Shown here one piece after another: positions 1-8,769 of a DNA stretch of 64,000 bases. Numbering within the stretch: the stretch's first letter is position 1; every line of letters begins with the position of its first letter. Both the position numbers and the translations under genes were made by a program. The stretch lies in NCBI GenBank assembly GCA_035458505.1, contig DATHZS010000024.1:23296-87295 (forward strand), in the 5' to 3' direction. The notes under the pieces were generated by a model. The model saw only the letters and a list, made by a program, of their open reading frames with translations. It ran no database searches and had not been told where the DNA came from. This DNA is from Anaerolineales bacterium. GTDB lineage: Bacteria > Chloroflexota > Anaerolineae > Anaerolineales > UBA11579.

Positions 1-701
1 TAACCGGGTTCGCGCAGTTTGATAAAGTAGGCGTTTTCCGCGAACCGGCAGGCATCAATGAAGAATGGGATCCCAAACTCTTTATATGTGGTTGCTACCT
101 GTCGCAGATTTTCCATTGAAACCGGCTGGCCGCCGCCGGCGTTATTGGTGATCGTAATCATGCCGAGGGGGATATTCTCCGGGCCGTGTTCCTGAATAAA
201 ATTTCTCAGTTTATGGATGTCCATATTCCCTTTGAACGGCACTCGAACCGCAGGGTCGTAAGCTGCATCAATGACCAGGTTGGTTGGCCTGCCTCCACGC
301 GCACGAATGTTCCCTTCAGTTGTGTCAAAATGCATGTTGGAGGGGATATATTGCCCTGGTTTGATCATGATACTGGCGAGGATATTTTCTGCGGCCCTTC
401 CCTGGTGGGTCGGCACAAAGTGTTTGAAACGAAAGATTTCATCCATCACTTCCTTCAAATGGAAGAATGAACGGGCTCCTGCATATGATTCGTCACCCTG
501 CATCAGGGCAGCCCATTGATGATGGCTCATGGCGGAAGTGCCCGAGTCGGTCATCAGATCGATGTAGACATCCTCCGCCCGCAAGCCAAATACATTGTAA
601 CCGGCCGCTTGCAGCGCTTTTTTTCTATCTTCTCTTGATATCAGTTGAATGGGTTCCACCATTTTGATTTTAAATGGTTCGGGAATGTAATTTGCCATCA
701 T
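1..701 (-). CDS. tnaA: Tryptophanase-like PLP-dependent beta-eliminating lyase, N-terminal ~233 codons; the C-terminus lies beyond the left edge
   Basis: The reverse-strand frame is open to the window edge. From the ATG at 701 (or 698), with GGAGG just upstream (703-707), it reads MMANYIPEPFKIKMVEP..YIDLMTDSGTSAMS..VPTHQGRAAE..FDTTEGN..NNAGGGQPVSMENL..FAENAYFIK. This is the conserved N-terminal layout of tryptophanase and tyrosine phenol-lyase. From memory, FDTT(E/Q)G looks more tryptophanase-like. Confidence 0.8.
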   Translation of the reverse strand, partial: MMANYIPEPFKIKMVEPIQLISREDRKKALQAAGYNVFGLRAEDVYIDLMTDSGTSAMSHHQWAALMQGDESYAGARSFFHLKEVMDEIFRFKHFVPTHQGRAAENILASIMIKPGQYIPSNMHFDTTEGNIRARGGRPTNLVIDAAYDPAVRVPFKGNMDIHKLRNFIQEHGPENIPLGMITITNNAGGGQPVSMENLRQVATTYKEFGIPFFIDACRFAENAYFIKLREPG

Positions 702-790
702 GCCTCCTGGAGTGCCTTAGTTTAACACGCTTTTTCTAATGAGACAAAGTATAATGACCTAACGGTTTTATTAGTGATACGAGGTAACCT

Positions 791-1432
791 ATGACGATTG
801 AGATCTATCAATTTCCTTTAGGTATGACGATGACCAATGCATATCTGGTGGCAAACCCGGAGACCGGCAATGCTGTGGTGATCGATCCTGGCTATGATGG
901 GGAAGAAATCCTGGAGGAAGCAAAAAAACTTGGCGTGGAAATCGAGGCGATCTGGTTGACCCACGCTCATTTTGACCATATTGGGGGGGCTGGTGCGGTC
1001 GCTTCCGGTCTGACTCCTGAACCACCCGTAGCATTGCACCCGGAGGACATGTGGCTGTGGGAGATGCAAGGGGGGGCGCCTTTGTTTGGCCTGACCGGAG
1101 TGGATGCGGGACCGAGGCCGACGATTTTGTTAGAGCATGGCATGATTCTCAGCCTCGGAGAAGTTCAATTTGAGGTGTTTCATGCGCCCGGTCATACTCC
1201 CGGGCATGTTATGTTTTACTGCAAGGAAGCAGCAGCGTTGTTTTGCGGAGACGTGATCTTCCAAAGCAGTATTGGGAGGACTGACCTGCCGCGCGGCAGC
1301 TACGCGGTCCTGCTCCAGAGTATTCGCGAGCATGTCCTGACCCTGCCTGATGAGACACGCCTGCTAAACGGACATGGACCGGAAACCACCGTGGGGCGAG
1401 AACGGGTTTATAATCCATTTATCAACATGTGA
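791..1432 (+). CDS. MBL-fold metallo-hydrolase (glyoxalase II / hydroxyacylglutathione hydrolase-like)
   Basis: 213-aa ORF. GAGGT RBS at 781-785. Metallo-beta-lactamase motif THAHFDHIGG, later HAPGHTPGH and a C-terminal GH. Confidence 0.85.
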   Translation: MTIEIYQFPLGMTMTNAYLVANPETGNAVVIDPGYDGEEILEEAKKLGVEIEAIWLTHAHFDHIGGAGAVASGLTPEPPVALHPEDMWLWEMQGGAPLFGLTGVDAGPRPTILLEHGMILSLGEVQFEVFHAPGHTPGHVMFYCKEAAALFCGDVIFQSSIGRTDLPRGSYAVLLQSIREHVLTLPDETRLLNGHGPETTVGRERVYNPFINM

Positions 1433-1439
1433 GGTGTTT

Positions 1440-1940
1440 ATGAAAGCATATACTGAACAACTGATGGAGTATAACTATTGGGCGAACGGCCTGATCGTGA
1501 AGCAGGTCGAAAAGTGTACTGCAGATCAGTTCCTGGAACAGATTCCATTACTTGAGACAAGTTTGCGGGACATATTGGGCCATACCTTATTCGCTGAATG
1601 GAGTTGGCTGAAGCGATTTGAAGGGATTGAGATGACACGTGAGGAAAGACGTGAGTTTTTCCTCACGGAAAAATATACCACCCTGCAGCAGCTGGTGGGT
1701 GACTGGTTGGATGTTGAACTGCGGCTGCGAGCGTTTCTGGGCAAGATGGATGAGGAACAGATTGGAAGTCTTTTTCGCTTCACCGTCCATGATGGCCGGG
1801 TGTTTGAATACCGCTATGTTGACATTTTTACCCAACTGGCGTTTCATGGCATGCAGCACCGTTCAGAGTGTGCGGCGATTTTGACCGAGATGGGACATTC
1901 CCCAGGGAATATTGATTACATCATTTTTACCCAGAGATAA
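1440..1940 (+). CDS. DinB-family four-helix-bundle protein (PF05163-like; not DNA polymerase IV)
   Basis: I chose the internal ATG at 1440 (GAGGTG RBS at 1431-1436) over the track start at 1374, which overlaps the upstream gene. MKAYTEQLMEYNYWANGLI.. and the C-terminal FHGMQHRSE are typical DinB-family signatures. Confidence 0.75.
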   Translation: MKAYTEQLMEYNYWANGLIVKQVEKCTADQFLEQIPLLETSLRDILGHTLFAEWSWLKRFEGIEMTREERREFFLTEKYTTLQQLVGDWLDVELRLRAFLGKMDEEQIGSLFRFTVHDGRVFEYRYVDIFTQLAFHGMQHRSECAAILTEMGHSPGNIDYIIFTQR

Positions 1941-1943
1941 CCG

Positions 1944-2411
1944 ATGGAACCATTTTTTCATGATCTGCTGAACCGGTTTGATGCGTTGCACGAGGATATT
2001 AAAAAATCCATTCATGGGTTGAGTCCGGAGGCCCTGGATTGGATGCCTGCAGGTGAAACGAACTCGATCAACGTGCTTGTCACCCATCTGGCTGCGGCGG
2101 AGAAGTTTTGGGCTGTGGATATCCCATTGGGAAAAGACTCGGACAGGGAACGGCCAAAAGAGTTTTTGGTCAGCGGGTTGCAGGAATCGGAATTAATTCA
2201 AATCCTGGACACCACCCTTGAAGAGCTTGTTTTCGCGTTTGAGAAAATGACGGTAGCCGACCTGGAGCAGATGCGTCATTCCAAACAGCATCAGAAGGAT
2301 ATGACCGCGGGTTGGGCAATCCTGCATGCCCTGGAACATACGGCAATCCATGTTGGACAGATCCAGCTCACGGTACAGATTTTGGAGAGAACCACCCAGG
2401 ACGAAACGTGA
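1944..2411 (+). CDS. DinB_2 / YfiT-like putative metal-dependent hydrolase or thiol transferase
   Basis: 155-aa ORF starting 3 nt after the previous stop. NSINVLVTHLAAAEKFW and LEHTAIHVGQI fit the conserved His-triad pattern of DinB_2 proteins. Confidence 0.7.
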   Translation: MEPFFHDLLNRFDALHEDIKKSIHGLSPEALDWMPAGETNSINVLVTHLAAAEKFWAVDIPLGKDSDRERPKEFLVSGLQESELIQILDTTLEELVFAFEKMTVADLEQMRHSKQHQKDMTAGWAILHALEHTAIHVGQIQLTVQILERTTQDET

Positions 2412-2451
2412 TACTATCCTCAATGGTGGGGTGAATAAGGGAGACATTGCA

Positions 2452-2492
2452 AAAAATAAAAAACAGGGAACGGCTGTTCCCTGTTTTCCTTT
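2452..2492. terminator. Bidirectional intrinsic terminator between convergent genes
   Basis: Perfect 10-bp stem aacagggaac (2462-2471) / gttccctgtt (2476-2485) with loop ggct. An A-run lies upstream and a T-rich tract downstream. It sits between the stop at 2411 (+) and the stop at 2511 (-). Confidence 0.6.
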
Positions 2493-2510
2493 TGTTATTT
2501 GGCTTTCAGC

Positions 2511-4034
2511 TTATTTCGCATAATCCACTGCCCGTGTTTCGCGCAGGACAGTGACTTTGATCTGACCGGGATACTGCATGGTTTCTTCGATCTGTTTGGC
2601 GATGTCTCTTGCCAGGCGGGTGGCGTCGAGGTCATCGATGTCCTCAGGACGGACAATAATGCGCACCTCTCGGCCGGCTTGCAGGGCGTAGCTCTGGGTG
2701 ACACCCTTGTAGGAATTGGCGAGTTCTTCCAGGCCGCGAACGCGCTTCAGGTATTGGTCCAGGCTCTCACGCCTTGCGCCAGGCCGGGCACCTGAAATTG
2801 CATCAGCAGCCTCGACTATCACTGCTTCAACGGATTCCTGTTCAACTTCGTGGTGGTGAGAGGCCATGGCATTCAAAACCAGATTGGGCACTTTGTACCG
2901 GGCAGCAAACTCGGCACCGATCTGCGCGTGGGTACCTTCCAGATTGTGATCCATCGCCTTCCCAAGGTCGTGGAGCAATCCGCCCATCTTGGCGATCTCT
3001 ACATCTGCCCCGAGTTCTGCGGCAATCACGGCGGCCAGCTTGGCTGTTTCAACGGCGTGGTCGAGTTGGTTCTGACCATAGGAGGTGCGGAATTTTAGCC
3101 GCCCCAACATTTTTGTAATCTCTTTGTGCAGGCTGGGAACTCCGGCTTCGAAGGCGGCCTCTTCTCCAGCCTCCTCGATGACCCGTTCGACTTCGCTGGT
3201 CTCCTTTTTCATGGTTTTTTCAATGCTGGCAGGATGGATGCGGCCATCGTTGACCAGTTTTTGCAGCGTGCGCCGGGCGATCTCTCTCCGGACAGGATCA
3301 AAACAGGAGATTGTGACTGCTTCGGGAGTGTCATCCACGATCACATCCACTCCAGCAGTGGCTTCAAAGGCACGGATGTTACGACCATTTCGGCCAATGA
3401 TCCGGCCTTTCATTTCATCCGATGGCAGGGATACCACCGAGGTGGTGATTTCGGATACGTGTTCCGAGGCGACACGCTGGATGGCAAGAGAGATCAGGTT
3501 TCGGGCGCGTTTTTCACCCTCTTCTCTGGCTTCTGCTTCTATCTGGCGCATCACACGGGCCATATCACCACGGGCTTCTTTTTCAACTTCTTCCAGGAGC
3601 ACTGTCCGGGCTTCATCGGTGGTCATATTTGACACTGTTTGTAATTTTTCCAACGCCTCGTTGTGAAAGGTGTCGATTTCATTCGCCCGGCGGTCCATCG
3701 AGCTCTGGCGTTTGTTGAGGCGCTGCTCTCTTTTCTCAATCCGATCGGTGAGGGAATCGAGTTCCGATCGTCTGCGCTGGAGGCGATCATCTTCCTTATT
3801 CAGCTCCTGTCGTCTGCGGTCTAGTTCCTCATCTACATTCTCTCGGATTTCAATCGCTCTGTTTTTTGCTTCTAGTTCGATTTCTCGGGCAGATTCCTTA
3901 GCAGCATTTACGATATGTCCTGCTTGGAGCTCTTCATTTTTAATTCTTTGCATGAGCATGTAATGCCGTATAAAATACCCGGCTGCTGCTCCAACTAAAG
4001 CAGCAATTCCAGCGATTAACATTGGGTTGTCCAT
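2511..4034 (-). CDS. rny: Ribonuclease Y
   Basis: 507 aa. N-terminal membrane helix, long charged coiled coil, KH motif GRIIGRNGRNIRAFE, and an HD domain (LLHDLGKA..HH). Confidence 0.95.
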   Translation of the reverse strand: MDNPMLIAGIAALVGAAAGYFIRHYMLMQRIKNEELQAGHIVNAAKESAREIELEAKNRAIEIRENVDEELDRRRQELNKEDDRLQRRRSELDSLTDRIEKREQRLNKRQSSMDRRANEIDTFHNEALEKLQTVSNMTTDEARTVLLEEVEKEARGDMARVMRQIEAEAREEGEKRARNLISLAIQRVASEHVSEITTSVVSLPSDEMKGRIIGRNGRNIRAFEATAGVDVIVDDTPEAVTISCFDPVRREIARRTLQKLVNDGRIHPASIEKTMKKETSEVERVIEEAGEEAAFEAGVPSLHKEITKMLGRLKFRTSYGQNQLDHAVETAKLAAVIAAELGADVEIAKMGGLLHDLGKAMDHNLEGTHAQIGAEFAARYKVPNLVLNAMASHHHEVEQESVEAVIVEAADAISGARPGARRESLDQYLKRVRGLEELANSYKGVTQSYALQAGREVRIIVRPEDIDDLDATRLARDIAKQIEETMQYPGQIKVTVLRETRAVDYAK

Positions 4035-4058
4035 GGTTCTACCTCTTTCATGTCGTTT

Positions 4059-4694
4059 TTATTGATCGGTCTGGGAATTGATCTCATCCCAAACCTTGGG
4101 CAGCACTTCGGATATGATCCCGTAGTGAAACCCGCGCCTGGCGAGGAAGCCATTCATTTTTTTTCTAAATTCCTGCCATTCCAGGCTTTGATAGCGGCGT
4201 GCTTTTTTTCGGGCAGCTTTGAGTGCCAGCGAATGATCGTCAATCTCATTTAGGACATTCGCAATCACCTGGTCTGGGATGCCCTTTTGCCGCAGCTCCA
4301 TTCGGAGAAGCTGCCCTCCCCGCGGGCGGAATTCAGAGCGGTTTTCTACCCACAGTTCGGCAAAATTTGCATCATCCACCAAGCCGCCTCTTTTCAAGCG
4401 GTCGATGATTTCATCGATCACCTGATCCGTATGGCCGTGTTTTGTAAGGTTCTGTCGCACTTCTTGTTCTGAGCGAACCCGGTAGCTCAGAAAATTCATC
4501 GCTCTCTGCAGCGCAATCTCGACATTGTCTTTTGAGAGCAGTTCGGCGATTTTCTCGTCACTCAGTTCTTGCCCGGTATGCAGCCAGGCTGCAACAATTT
4601 TGGACAAGCCGAAAGCGAATTCACCATCAAGATACACATTGACCCGGTTTTTGTTTCGTTTTTGTAGCTTCAATCCGGTGATCTTCTTCGCCAT
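4059..4694 (-). CDS. recX: RecA regulator RecX
   Basis: I chose the internal ATG at 4694 (MAKKITGLKLQKRNKNRVNVYLDGEFAFGLSK..), a typical RecX N-terminus; the track start at 4754 is a TTG. The helical-repeat C-terminus fits, and the gene lies directly downstream of recA. Confidence 0.85.
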   Translation of the reverse strand: MAKKITGLKLQKRNKNRVNVYLDGEFAFGLSKIVAAWLHTGQELSDEKIAELLSKDNVEIALQRAMNFLSYRVRSEQEVRQNLTKHGHTDQVIDEIIDRLKRGGLVDDANFAELWVENRSEFRPRGGQLLRMELRQKGIPDQVIANVLNEIDDHSLALKAARKKARRYQSLEWQEFRKKMNGFLARRGFHYGIISEVLPKVWDEINSQTDQ

Positions 4695-4714
4695 AGCTAT
4701 TATTAAATCAAATG

Positions 4715-4737
4715 CCGTGACACACATGCTGTCACGG
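4715..4737 (-). promoter_or_regulatory. Hairpin / inverted repeat about 20 nt upstream of the recX start
   Basis: Perfect 8-bp arms ccgtgaca (4715-4722) / tgtcacgg (4730-4737) with a 7-nt loop. On the minus strand it is followed by catttgatttaataat. Function unknown (attenuator, processing site or operator). Confidence 0.3.
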
Positions 4738-5031
4738 CTGGATACGATAACCAAAACTATAATCTGGTTCGATTGAATAACAGGTATTTACCTATGGCAA
4801 ACGAGACTCTTTACTGAGCTGCTGTAGCTATATTTTTTGTATTTGTTTGTCCCAGATAGTATCCCGAGTGAAATCTAGTTGCCTCTGGATGTTAGCTAAT
4901 TTGCCTTACTAAGGTTTTTAGTCAAGAAGCACTGTATGCTTCTCCTGGTAATTTCCTGAATATCTTATAATCGTATCAGTCGTGGCCGCGCTGTGGTCAA
5001 GAATGGATTGCGGCCGCTGGCTGGGAGTGGG

Positions 5032-6042
5032 CTAATCGTCTAAGGGCATGATGCCATCAGAGAGTGCTTTTTCTCGGATCGAGATCTCGATCTCCTCAGC
5101 CAATTCAGGGGTCTGGCGCAAATATTCTTTGGTGTTCTCGCGCCCTTGCCCTAATCTTATCTCGCCGTAATTGTAAAAAGAACCGCGTTTGTCAACGATC
5201 TGGAATTCTACGGCGAGGTCCAATATATCTCCATACTTGGAGATACCTTCATTATACATTATATCAAATTCTGCTGCACGAAATGGTGGAGCGACTTTGT
5301 TTTTCACAACTCGCACCCTTGTTCGGCTGCCGATGATATCGCTGCCGGCTTTGATGGATTGGATCCGGCGCACATCCAGTCGAATTGATGAATAGAATTT
5401 GAGCGCCATCCCACCAGTGGTTGTCTCCGGGTTGCCAAACATGACTCCGATTTTTTGCCGCAACTGGTTGGTGAAAATCACCGCGGTGTTGGTCTGTTTG
5501 ATCGCCCCTGAGAGCTTACGCAAGGCCTGGGACATCAGCCTGGCCTGTACGCCCATGGTGGCATCCCCCATATTGCCCTCCAATTCTGAACGCGGGACCA
5601 GGGCAGCCACAGAGTCGATTACCACGATATCTACTGCACCTGACCGGACCAGTGTTTCGGTGATTTCGAGGGCTTGTTCGCCCATATCCGGTTGAGAGAT
5701 GAGCAGATTGTCCACGTCCACCCCACAGCGTGCCGCGTAAGCAGGATCCAGGGCGTGCTCCATGTCGATGAAGGCCGCCTGGCCGCCCATTTTCTGTGCT
5801 TCGGCAACGATATGCTGGCAGATTGTTGTCTTACCGGAGGATTCCGGACCAAAAATTTCAGTGACACGGCCCCGCGGGATCCCTCCGATCCCAAGGGCTA
5901 AGTCTAACGATAATGAACCTGTAGGGATGGCAGCAACATGGAGGCTGTGGGCTTCTCCCAGCCGCATGATGGATCCATCTCCATACCGTTTGGTAATTTC
6001 CTTCAAAGCATTATCCAGTGCTTTGTGCTTTGCGTCATTCAT
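5032..6042 (-). CDS. recA: Recombinase RecA (paralog 1, short weakly acidic C-terminus)
   Basis: 336 aa. Walker [10 protein letters not shown], plus [50 protein letters not shown]. Followed by recX and rny on the same strand. Confidence 0.97.
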   Translation of the reverse strand: MNDAKHKALDNALKEITKRYGDGSIMRLGEAHSLHVAAIPTGSLSLDLALGIGGIPRGRVTEIFGPESSGKTTICQHIVAEAQKMGGQAAFIDMEHALDPAYAARCGVDVDNLLISQPDMGEQALEITETLVRSGAVDIVVIDSVAALVPRSELEGNMGDATMGVQARLMSQALRKLSGAIKQTNTAVIFTNQLRQKIGVMFGNPETTTGGMALKFYSSIRLDVRRIQSIKAGSDIIGSRTRVRVVKNKVAPPFRAAEFDIMYNEGISKYGDILDLAVEFQIVDKRGSFYNYGEIRLGQGRENTKEYLRQTPELAEEIEISIREKALSDGIMPLDD

Positions 6043-6331
6043 GTGCTGCGTTCCTTTCCATGCACAAATTCCTTCATGATTCTAATCGATTCTGAAAAAT
6101 TGTGGAGAATCTACCGAAGAACAAAATTGATCCACCATCTATTTGCGAACCCAAAGTGTCGTATTTTGATCGAACAAATCAACCCATTTTGTTGGTAGGG
6201 AAAATGGGCATTTCTTCCTTCCAGTTTATAGCCTGGCGAGAGCAAATCGTTTATAGTTAAGCGGTTTGAACCGATCTACATCTTTGTGCTAGATGTCCAG
6301 TTATCTGAAGGATTTGTTACGGAGGTAGCAG

Positions 6332-8581
6332 GTGAATTTACGAAATGAAGCATTAGAATATCATCGGCGAGGTGGGAAGCCCGGAAAAATATCTGTCCAG
6401 CCGACCAAACCACTGGAAACGCAACGTGACCTTGCGCTGGCGTATTCTCCCGGAGTGGCAGAGCCTGTGATGGAAATCTATCGGGATCCGGCGAATGCTT
6501 TTGAATATACTTCTCGCGGCAACCTGATTGGGGTAATTTCTAACGGCACCGCGATCCTGGGGCTAGGCGACCTGGGAGCCCTAGCCTCAAAGCCTGTGAT
6601 GGAGGGGAAAGGCGTGCTTTTTAAGAAGTTTGCCGATATTGACGTGTTTGATATCGAGGTAGACAGCACGGACCCTGACGAGTTTATCCGGGTGGTCCGG
6701 GCGATTGCTCCAACCTTTGGTGGAATTAATCTGGAAGATATCAAAGCCCCGGAGTGTTTTTACATCGAACAAGCTCTCAAAGAGATGCTGGATATCCCTG
6801 TCTTTCACGATGACCAGCACGGCACTGCGATTATTACCGCCGCCGGGTTAATGAATGCCCTGGAGATTGTCGGTAAGAAAATTGAGGAGATCAAGCTGGT
6901 TGTGTCCGGGGCAGGTGCGGCAGGTCTGTCCTGTGTCCGCATGGCGATGATGATTGGGGTCCGGCGAGAAAACATTACCCTGAGTGATTACTATGGCGTG
7001 GTGTACAAGGGACGCACAGAGGGGATGAACCCATTTCTGGAAGAGTTTGCCCAGGATACCGACGCCAGAACGCTGGCCGAGATCATCCCGGGGGCGGATG
7101 TGTTTTATGGCCTCTCGGTGGGGGGTATCCTCAAACCGGAGATGGTCAAGCAGATGGCGAAAGACCCGATCATTTTTGCCATGGCGAACCCGGCCCCGGA
7201 AATTGATTACGACCTGGCAAAACAGGCCCGGCCGGATGCGATTGTTGCTACAGGACGTTCAGATTTTCCCAATCAGGTGAATAACGTGTTGGGGTTCCCC
7301 TTTATCTTCCGGGGTGCACTGGATGTCAATGCCAGTGCGATCAATGATGAAATGAAATTGGCCGCGGCCCGGTCGCTGGCTGCTCTGGCAAAAGAAGATG
7401 TGCCGGACAGTGTGCTCAAGGCGTATGGGGTTAATTCGCTGATCTTTGGGCGGGAATATATTATCCCGAAACCGCTTGATCCGCGGGTGCTGCTGTGGGA
7501 ATCTCCGGCCGTGGCGGAAGCCGCGATGAGGACCGGGGTTGCCCGCCGGACGATTGACCTGGAGGGATATCGGGAACAGCTCGCGATGCGCCAGGGCAAA
7601 GGTCAGCAGGTGCGGCACTATCTTCTCAACCAGGCAAAAGCGATTGAGAAAAAGAAAAGGATCGTGTTTGCGGAAGGCGAGGAGGATAAGATCATCCGGG
7701 CCGCGGAGCGGGTATTTTTGGAAGGAATCGGGCAGCCGATCTTGCTGGGACGCCCCGATGTGATCCGGGAACGGTCGGAAATGCTGGGGATCTCCTGTCA
7801 TTCCGAACTGGTAGACCCGCGTTCCAGCGAGCACCTGGAGAGATATATTGAAAGCTTCTACACTCTCCGGCAGCGGAAAGGGGTCACTCCCGGGCTGGCG
7901 CGAAAATTTTTGCGGGATCCTAACGTGTTCGGAAGTATGATGGTTGCGGAGGGCAATGCTGATGCTTTTATCTCTGGCTTAACCTATGAATATCCCGAGG
8001 TGATCCGGCCATCGCTGCAAATTCACCATACTTCTGAAGGGAACCGGATTGCTGCCGGGGTGTATCTGATGATTGTGAATGATCGCGTCTACCTGTTTAC
8101 AGATGCAACGGTCAATATTGATCCATCGGCAGAAGACCTGGCAGAGATTGCCTGCCTGGCAGCGCAATTTGCCACCAAACTTGGGCTGACCCCGCGGGTG
8201 GCAATGCTGTCTTTCTCTAATTTTGGCAGCACAAATCATCCCTTCACCGAGAAGGTGCGCCAGGCAACTGCATTGGTCAAGCAGCGCAACCCTGACCTGA
8301 TCGTGGACGGTGAGATGCAGGCTGATACGGCACTTGTTACGGAGATCATCGATGAGCGCTATCCATTCTCCCAGGTACGGGATGCCAACGTGCTGGTTTT
8401 CCCGTCACTCGAGGCCGCCAATATTGCCTATAAGCTGTTAGATCGTCTTGGCCAGGCCCAGCGTATTGGCCCGATCCTCCTGGGGATGGGTGCTCCCGTG
8501 CACGTGCTGCAAACTGGCGACGAGGTGCGCGATATTGTGAATATCTCTGCCGTGGCGGTTATGGATGCTGCCGGGCGATAA
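6332..8581 (+). CDS. maeB: NADP-dependent malic enzyme, MaeB type (malic enzyme domain plus PTA-like C-terminal domain), copy 1
   Basis: 749 aa. GTG start with [27 protein letters not shown] and SGAGAAG (NAD(P) fold), then a C-terminal phosphate-acetyltransferase-like domain ([21 protein letters not shown]). Confidence 0.93.
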   Translation: MNLRNEALEYHRRGGKPGKISVQPTKPLETQRDLALAYSPGVAEPVMEIYRDPANAFEYTSRGNLIGVISNGTAILGLGDLGALASKPVMEGKGVLFKKFADIDVFDIEVDSTDPDEFIRVVRAIAPTFGGINLEDIKAPECFYIEQALKEMLDIPVFHDDQHGTAIITAAGLMNALEIVGKKIEEIKLVVSGAGAAGLSCVRMAMMIGVRRENITLSDYYGVVYKGRTEGMNPFLEEFAQDTDARTLAEIIPGADVFYGLSVGGILKPEMVKQMAKDPIIFAMANPAPEIDYDLAKQARPDAIVATGRSDFPNQVNNVLGFPFIFRGALDVNASAINDEMKLAAARSLAALAKEDVPDSVLKAYGVNSLIFGREYIIPKPLDPRVLLWESPAVAEAAMRTGVARRTIDLEGYREQLAMRQGKGQQVRHYLLNQAKAIEKKKRIVFAEGEEDKIIRAAERVFLEGIGQPILLGRPDVIRERSEMLGISCHSELVDPRSSEHLERYIESFYTLRQRKGVTPGLARKFLRDPNVFGSMMVAEGNADAFISGLTYEYPEVIRPSLQIHHTSEGNRIAAGVYLMIVNDRVYLFTDATVNIDPSAEDLAEIACLAAQFATKLGLTPRVAMLSFSNFGSTNHPFTEKVRQATALVKQRNPDLIVDGEMQADTALVTEIIDERYPFSQVRDANVLVFPSLEAANIAYKLLDRLGQAQRIGPILLGMGAPVHVLQTGDEVRDIVNISAVAVMDAAGR

Positions 8582-8602
8582 GCGGTAAGGAAGACCGTTT
8601 TG

Positions 8603-8636
8603 AACAGGGAACACAAACTGTGTTCCCTGTTTTTTG
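8603..8636 (+). terminator. Intrinsic terminator after maeB copy 1
   Basis: Perfect 13-bp stem aacagggaacaca (8603-8615) / tgtgttccctgtt (8619-8631) with a 3-nt loop, followed by a T-run. Confidence 0.8.
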
Positions 8637-8769
8637 TCGCGCTCGACCGCAGATTAAAGTTTTTCCAGAGAAGATAGATAGAGAATAAAAACGGTTTCCT
8701 TATTTGGGGGTTCTTTCTTTTGAATTATAATTACCAAAAATTGGCACAAAATTCTTCAGGAGAGATGAT

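Noticed and set aside
4985-5025. GC-rich palindromic segment (gtggccgcgc .. gcggccgctgg) just downstream of the recA-1 stop, considered as a recA terminator
   Set aside because: Only a 6-bp GC stem with a ~20-nt loop can form, and no T-run follows on the minus strand. I do not support it as an intrinsic terminator.
2462-8631. Two terminators (2462-2485 and 8603-8631) share the identical stem arms aacagggaac / gttccctgtt
   Set aside because: This could hint at a dispersed repeat family (REP/MITE-like). However, only the 10-bp arms are shared, and the loops and flanks differ. Two copies are too few, so I treat it as coincidence unless a genome-wide search finds more.
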